From NCBI GenBank assembly GCA_050173015.1, contig JBFXLE010000003.1, forward strand, positions 205,992 to 269,991: DNA of 64,000 bases, given 5' to 3'. A program made the position numbers and the translations under genes. Within the stretch, counting starts at the first letter, position 1; every line of letters starts with the position of its first letter. This DNA is from Calditrichaceae bacterium (GTDB taxonomy: Bacteria; Calditrichota; Calditrichia; Calditrichales; JBFXGD01). Shown here one piece after another: positions 59,325 to 64,000 of the stretch. The notes beneath the pieces were generated by a model. That model saw nothing but the letters and a program-made list of their open reading frames with translations, ran no database searches and was not told where the DNA came from.

Positions 59325-59586
59325 CTTTTGACCTGCCTGAAGTTAAAAGATATAAGATAACAGACAAAAGAAGAACCGGTAGAGACTCAGAATTCTGCGT
59401 CTGAAGTGAAAGAAGAAAAAATGTCTGAACTGTGATTAAAAAAGTACGAAGTAGGAAGTAGGAAGGTGAAGAAGGAAAAATGTCTAAACTGTGATTCGTT
59501 TGACTAAATGATTTCATGATTAAGAGAGTGGAAATCAGAGTTATTATTTAATCATATAAACCCGCCAAAGGCGGGCAGGTCAAAAG
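59325..59586. mobile_element. MITE-like or REP-like non-coding element with 13-bp terminal inverted repeats
   Basis: CTTTTGACCTGCC (59325-59337) and GGCAGGTCAAAAG (59574-59586); internal direct repeat of about 31 nt (59406-59437, 59466-59496); CCCGCC-AAA-GGCGGG hairpin; no target-site duplication seen. Confidence 0.4.
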
Positions 59587-59608
59587 TTCGGACGATTTTT
59601 TATCAGGG

Positions 59609-60934
59609 TTAAAAAATATACAGCGCCGCTCTTTTGGCATAGGCCATTTCGAGATAGGTTAAACGCCATCCCTGATCGGTCCGGATCATATACAAATGAA
59701 GGACATCGCCAACCCGGATATCATATTTTGCGAGACCGGCGGGATTTATGTTTTTGAAGATCGATTTCAGGTGCAAATCTTTGGCGACATAGTCACCATT
59801 AAAAATCTCGGTTATCTCATAGAATCCTTCCACCTGATTCAAATCCTGATTTTCATCTGAAAGCAGGAAATCCATAAACGGATAATCACGTTGATAACCG
59901 CGGGTAATTTTCAGGACTCTTTCGATATCGGAGAAATTATCATCCATGAACCGTTCAAACAATCCGCTCATATTTACATGATCATTGTATTCGAGAAAAT
60001 GGATAAACCTCGAGAACAGCATTCTGACATTCTTTAAATCGATCCGGTCATCAACCACAACCTCATGTTCCATAAAAATCAGAAAAAATTCTTCCAGATC
60101 ATCGATATTCATTTCTTCAACGCGTTTTATTTCCAGGTAATCTGTAAGATATGTTTCAAATTTTTCCAGCAATTTTAACTCAATCACTGCACCGTACTGA
60201 TCTTCATACCCTTCTCTGAAATCTGCGATGATGGAAGGAATATTCGGAACACCTATTTTCCAGGGTTCGATCTCTTCTTCCTCGTCCTCTTCATCATAAT
60301 CGGAGAGCATATCTTCCCAGATATTCTCATCCGACTGAAGCAGATCACTAAACTTATCACCGGCATTATCATCCGGCTTGCTCAAAAGATGCTGACCTTT
60401 ATTTCGGATAAATCCTAAAATGATCGTCATCAAGAATTCCGCAAATTCTATCAGTTCCAGATCCGTTTCATCCAGAATCAGATTCAGCTCATAATTATAA
60501 TAATCCACCAGAGAATCGAGAACAACATAATTCAGAATATCCGAATGGAGACACTGTTCTTTTATGGAGCAGTCGCCGGGCTTCAGATTTAACTCACTGA
60601 TGAATGACTTTCTTTCGGTCTTTTCATCAATGCTTAATACTTCGTCCATTTTACCCGGACATCCAAGGGAGCAGGCGCCAAAGCAGTTTTTTTCAAGAAA
60701 CATCTGCAGGCTGTCGCCGATATTGAAAGCCAGAGTACCGATGTCTTCACTGCCGAGATATAAACGGGTTACATGCGCGGGATCAGAAAAGAATTCCTTC
60801 TCGATCACCGATCCAAGGTCGTTTATAAGCAGGAATATGAAGTAATCCAGATTGTTTAATTCATAAACTTCTTTTTCCCAGGAGCTCACAAATTCCCGCG
60901 CTGATATATATGTTTTTTGAAATCTTTCTGCCAA
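59609..60934 (-). CDS. Acidic hypothetical protein with a Cys cluster and an integrase-N-terminal-like helical segment
   Basis: 441-aa ORF; TTG start with GAGGA RBS and its own promoter; CFGACSLGC...C....C; poly-Asp/Glu tract. Confidence 0.75.
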   Translation of the reverse strand: MAERFQKTYISAREFVSSWEKEVYELNNLDYFIFLLINDLGSVIEKEFFSDPAHVTRLYLGSEDIGTLAFNIGDSLQMFLEKNCFGACSLGCPGKMDEVLSIDEKTERKSFISELNLKPGDCSIKEQCLHSDILNYVVLDSLVDYYNYELNLILDETDLELIEFAEFLMTIILGFIRNKGQHLLSKPDDNAGDKFSDLLQSDENIWEDMLSDYDEEDEEEEIEPWKIGVPNIPSIIADFREGYEDQYGAVIELKLLEKFETYLTDYLEIKRVEEMNIDDLEEFFLIFMEHEVVVDDRIDLKNVRMLFSRFIHFLEYNDHVNMSGLFERFMDDNFSDIERVLKITRGYQRDYPFMDFLLSDENQDLNQVEGFYEITEIFNGDYVAKDLHLKSIFKNINPAGLAKYDIRVGDVLHLYMIRTDQGWRLTYLEMAYAKRAALYIF

Positions 60935-60959
60935 CTTTAATCCTCTTCTTTTTTATGAA

Positions 60960-60988
60960 AATTTACACTCCGTCCATTCATCTGTCAA
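60960..60988 (-). promoter_or_regulatory. sigma70-type promoter of the acidic hypothetical gene
   Basis: Minus strand TTGACA-17-TAAATT. Confidence 0.65.
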
Positions 60989-61085
60989 ATAAAAAAAGCT
61001 GATTGAATTCAATTGTTTTTACCGGATTCATTTCTTAATTTATCCGACCACCAGAAATGTTCATAAATTAGCAAGGAGAAACAAA

Positions 61086-62480
61086 TTGAAATTCAAAGAA
61101 CTCACCGCCCCAACTACCGGTAAAGGTATTTCAATTGAAAACATGGAACTTAACGTTCCTGATAATCCGATAATTCCCTTTATCGAAGGTGACGGTACCG
61201 GACCCGATATTTGGCGCGCTTCTCAGTATGTTTTCGACAAGGCGGTTGAAAAAGCATACAACGGAAAACGTAAAATTGAATGGTTTGAAGTATTCGCCGG
61301 TGAAAAAGCCTTCAAAACCTATGGCGACTGGCTGCCGGAAGATACAGTAACCGCGTTCAAGGAATATCTCGTCGGGATCAAAGGCCCTCTGACCACTCCG
61401 ATCGGCGGCGGTTTCCGTTCATTAAACGTCGCTCTGCGTCAGATACTCGATCTGTACGTATGTCTGCGCCCCGTCCGTTATTTTAAGGGCGTTCCTTCCC
61501 CGGTCAAAAATCCCGAAAAAGTGGATATGGTGATTTTCCGTGAAAACACCGAAGATATTTACGCGGGCATCGAATGGGCAGAGGGTACCTCCGAAGTCAA
61601 AAAGATGATTGATTTCCTTCAGAATGAAATGGGTGTAAAAAATATCCGCTTCCCAAACAGTTCCGGTATCGGTATTAAACCCGTCTCAAAAGAAGGATCC
61701 GAACGGCTTGCCAAATCGGCCATCGAATACGCGCTGAAACACAACCGTAAATCATTGACCTTTGTCCACAAAGGAAACATCATGAAATTTACCGAAGGCG
61801 CTTTCAAAACCTGGGGTTATGAAGTCGGTGTAAAAGATTACCGCGACCAGGTAGTCACTCAGCGTGAAAGCTGGATTCTCGGAAATAAGGACGGCGACGC
61901 CAACCTTTCCGTTGAAGACAACGCCAGAATGATTGAACCCGGTTATGACATGATGACCGACAAGCAGAAACTGGATATCCGCACCGAAGTGGAAGCCGCG
62001 CTGAAACTGATGCCGACACACGGTAACGGCCAGTATAAAAACAAACTGATGCTTAAGGATACCATCGCGGATATTACGCTGCAGCAGGTATTGACCCGCG
62101 CCAACGAATTTGATGTGGTGGCTACCATGAACCTGAACGGCGATTATCTTTCCGACGCCCTTGCCGCGCAGGTAGGCGGTATCGGTATCGCTCCGGGAGC
62201 CAACATCAATTATATCACGGGACACGCTATTTTTGAAGCCACCCACGGCACCGCTCCAAAATACGCGAATCTGGATCAGGTAAACCCCGGTTCGGTGATT
62301 CTTTCCGGCGTGCTGATGTTTGAATATATGGGCTGGCAGGAAGTGGCCGATCTGATTGTAAGCGGTCTGGAAAAAGCCATTTCCAACAAGACGGTTACAT
62401 ACGATTTCCACCGTCAGATGGAAGGCGCCACCAAACTGAAAACATCAGAATTCGCGAAGGCGATCGTCGAAAATATGTAA
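61086..62480 (+). CDS. icd: NADP-dependent isocitrate dehydrogenase (homodimeric type)
   Basis: [86 protein letters not shown] start after AAGGAG. Confidence 0.96.
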   Translation: MKFKELTAPTTGKGISIENMELNVPDNPIIPFIEGDGTGPDIWRASQYVFDKAVEKAYNGKRKIEWFEVFAGEKAFKTYGDWLPEDTVTAFKEYLVGIKGPLTTPIGGGFRSLNVALRQILDLYVCLRPVRYFKGVPSPVKNPEKVDMVIFRENTEDIYAGIEWAEGTSEVKKMIDFLQNEMGVKNIRFPNSSGIGIKPVSKEGSERLAKSAIEYALKHNRKSLTFVHKGNIMKFTEGAFKTWGYEVGVKDYRDQVVTQRESWILGNKDGDANLSVEDNARMIEPGYDMMTDKQKLDIRTEVEAALKLMPTHGNGQYKNKLMLKDTIADITLQQVLTRANEFDVVATMNLNGDYLSDALAAQVGGIGIAPGANINYITGHAIFEATHGTAPKYANLDQVNPGSVILSGVLMFEYMGWQEVADLIVSGLEKAISNKTVTYDFHRQMEGATKLKTSEFAKAIVENM

Positions 62481-62497
62481 TCTCCATCCTTTCTATC

Positions 62498-62536
62498 AAA
62501 AAGGCTGACACGGAATATGGTGGCAGCCTTTTTTTT
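62498..62536. terminator. Bidirectional terminator after icd
   Basis: AAAAAGGCTGACAC...GTGGCAGCCTTTTTTTT. Confidence 0.8.
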
Positions 62537-62565
62537 ATCAAACATCTCCCATCTTTTTTCTTTTA

Positions 62566-62606
62566 TCTTAACTTCCCACTTCTTACTGCCTACTTCCTAC
62601 TTCCCC
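62566..62606 (-). repeat. Heptamer tandem repeat abutting the stop codon of the helical protein gene
   Basis: Minus strand GTAGGAA GTAGGCA GTAAGAA GTGGGAA GTTAAGA. Confidence 0.7.
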
Positions 62607-63263
62607 TCACGATCTTTCCACAATGCCCAGCTTCTCCAGCAACTGCGGTTTTTCTTCCAGGGCGATGCGGGCGATGGCGATAAAATCGCTCAACCAGAAT
62701 TCCAGGGCGTCAAGAGCCTCGTCCCGTTCCACCGTGGCCTGTTGCGCTTCCCCTTTTTCCTTTTCCTGGGCGGCGTTCAGGCTAACCGTTTCTTCAATCA
62801 ACTGTTTACCAGCGAGCAGTTTTTCTTCGGTGATATTAAATTTGGCCATGGCGGTGATGATATCCGGGGCGGTGGTGGCGTTGATATAAAACTGAGTTGC
62901 CTGCGCCAGCCAGCCGGAGAGACTCCCTTTTCGTCTTCCGTTTAAATCCAGTTTCTGTGCTGCTCCACGGTCACTTTGCAGGGCGATTCGGGCAATTTTT
63001 ACATGTTTCATATAGACCGCGCTTGCCTTGTCCTTTACGGAGTTCACCGCATCGGTGGCTTCATACTGTTCGCCATATTCGCGAATCTGTTTTTGCTGTA
63101 ATTCATGCGCGGTGTCGAACAAAGCCTTGCCTTCGTTGAGACGGGTGTCGTCGTAACCGTATTCGGCCAGATAGGATTTTACCTGCTCATCGGACAAGGC
63201 GTTGGTAATCGCCAGTTCCGCGGCCATCATGCGTATTGCCATTGATTGACTGGACATAGTCAT
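62607..63263 (-). CDS. All-helical hypothetical protein with an internal two-fold duplication
   Basis: AAGGAG lies 7 nt before ATG 63263 (the ORF track starts at 63269); the halves share NA...L..GK.L...Q..E.GE...AT...IARIAL......KL. Confidence 0.85.
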   Translation of the reverse strand: MTMSSQSMAIRMMAAELAITNALSDEQVKSYLAEYGYDDTRLNEGKALFDTAHELQQKQIREYGEQYEATDAVNSVKDKASAVYMKHVKIARIALQSDRGAAQKLDLNGRRKGSLSGWLAQATQFYINATTAPDIITAMAKFNITEEKLLAGKQLIEETVSLNAAQEKEKGEAQQATVERDEALDALEFWLSDFIAIARIALEEKPQLLEKLGIVERS

Positions 63264-63433
63264 GTTCATTCTCCTTATTTATTCATCCTTTTATGAATTA
63301 ACCGGACGATGCCGGGAATAACTCATGCCGCATTTTGATGAATCAATTCAAAGATGTTTATGAATTCACGTTTAAAGATAGACTACATGCCGATACAGAG
63401 AAACAATAATACAATAACATAAGATCAAAAAAC

Positions 63434-63715
63434 GGTAATATGTCATTTCTGACATGGTAAAACTCATGCCCACCTGGTAGCAGTCGCTCTCGGGTGGTAG
63501 AAATCGTTACCAACCCGGTAGAAGTCATTCCCGGACGGTAGAAATGATTGTCAACCCGGTAGAAGTCATTCCCGGGCGGTAGAAATGGTTGTCAACCCGG
63601 TAGAAGTCATTCCCGGATGGTAGAAATGATTGCCAACCAGGTAGAAATCATTCCCGAATGGTAGAAATCACTTCAGGACCGGAATTTGTCATTTTTGACC
63701 GGTGAACTGTTATTT
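63434..63715. repeat. Non-coding tandem array of alternating 20-nt and 21-nt units (41-nt period)
   Basis: Units start at 63434, 63456, 63476, 63496, 63517, 63537, 63558, 63578, 63599, 63619, 63640, 63660, 63681 and 63701. Type A is GGTAGAAGTCATTCCCGGRY; type B is GGTAGAAATGATTGTCAACCC. Confidence 0.92.
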
Positions 63716-63873
63716 AAAATCCATATTTTGTAAAAAACTTTTGTTTAGAAAGTACGAAATAAGACAAAAAACGCTTTTAGCTTGATTGCTTTATTTATTG
63801 TTCGGCGAGCTCGTGAAAATCTTGAGGGAAATTTTTGTGTAGATACAGTTTTTTATTAATTATGGGCTCATTG

Positions 63874-64000
63874 TGTTCTGCCTCAGAACCTTTTGGAATT
63901 TTCGGACAAATTTAATACTATGACTTTTTAGTTAACTTGCCAACTTTAAATTCTCAAAATGACGTTCTTGTTTTGCCTGTTCTACCTTCAATTTTCTTTC
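63874..64000 (-). mobile_element. Probable downstream end of an IS3/IS481-like insertion sequence; continues beyond the window
   Basis: TGT-starting terminus TGTTCTGCCTCAGAACC at 63874; minus-strand ORF tail ERKLKVEQAKQERHFENLKLAS* (64000-63932) resembles the basic helical C-termini of rve transposases. Confidence 0.35.

Noticed and set aside
59287-59517. 76-aa minus-strand ORF
   Set aside because: Low-complexity translation of the repeat-rich element, with no convincing RBS.
59299-59600. tmRNA (ssrA) next to smpB, prompted by GGGGGCGTG at about 59302
   Set aside because: No GATTCGAC-like 5' motif, no T-arm or CCA-type 3' end, and no tag frame ending in Ala-Ala was found.
61752-62411. 219-aa minus-strand ORF
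   Set aside because: It is entirely antisense to icd, a typical shadow of biased codon usage, with no recognisable motifs.
62517-63139. Plus-strand ORFs at 62517, 62623 and 62897
   Set aside because: They are antisense to the better-supported helical protein gene; the first starts inside the icd terminator and reads through heptamer repeats.
63434-63715. CRISPR array
   Set aside because: Units are 20-21 nt, contiguous and nearly identical at 41-nt period. There are no unique spacers and no cas genes in the window.
62607-63715. Canonical type III toxin-antitoxin or TIGR-Tas locus
   Set aside because: No terminator is evident between array and gene, there are no variable spacers, and the protein looks all-helical without ToxN or Nop-domain features. 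Kept only as an architectural analogy.

Overview
A gene-dense bacterial chromosomal window. It carries type IX secretion (T9SS) genes but uses canonical TTGACA-17-TAnnnT promoters and Shine-Dalgarno sites, which suggests an FCB-related lineage outside Bacteroidetes, such as Calditrichota (inference). From left to right it contains: (1) a minus-strand cluster of sprA, an M28/glutaminyl-cyclase-like gene, prmA, ppx, a repeat lipoprotein, a PorZ-like propeller and two PorV-like barrels; (2) lptF/lptG with envelope genes; (3) a TetR-controlled TolC/HlyD/two-permease operon with no ATPase gene; (4) a two-domain amidase; (5) a 1622-aa fusion of acyl-CoA ligase, a kinase-like segment and a GNAT domain; (6) an operon with an ECF-type promoter (Omp85-like barrel, four-repeat protein, DUF4097); (7) MFS, prc and ogt; (8) Rieske, cytochrome b and a nine-heme cytochrome, with a divergent octaheme HAO-like plus NapC/NirT-like pair; (9) a T9SS cargo protein, a degenerate sigma54-activator-like regulator, alr, DUF4835, tyrS, smpB and icd with a cyanobacterial-type insert. 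The best candidate for an undescribed system is at the right end. There, a non-coding array of alternating 20- and 21-nt units (41-nt period, 63434-63715) lies upstream of an internally duplicated all-helical protein of about 218 aa, whose 3' end abuts heptamer repeats. A probable IS end follows. No rRNA, tRNA, tmRNA or CRISPR array was recognised. All product calls come from motif recognition by eye, with no database search.
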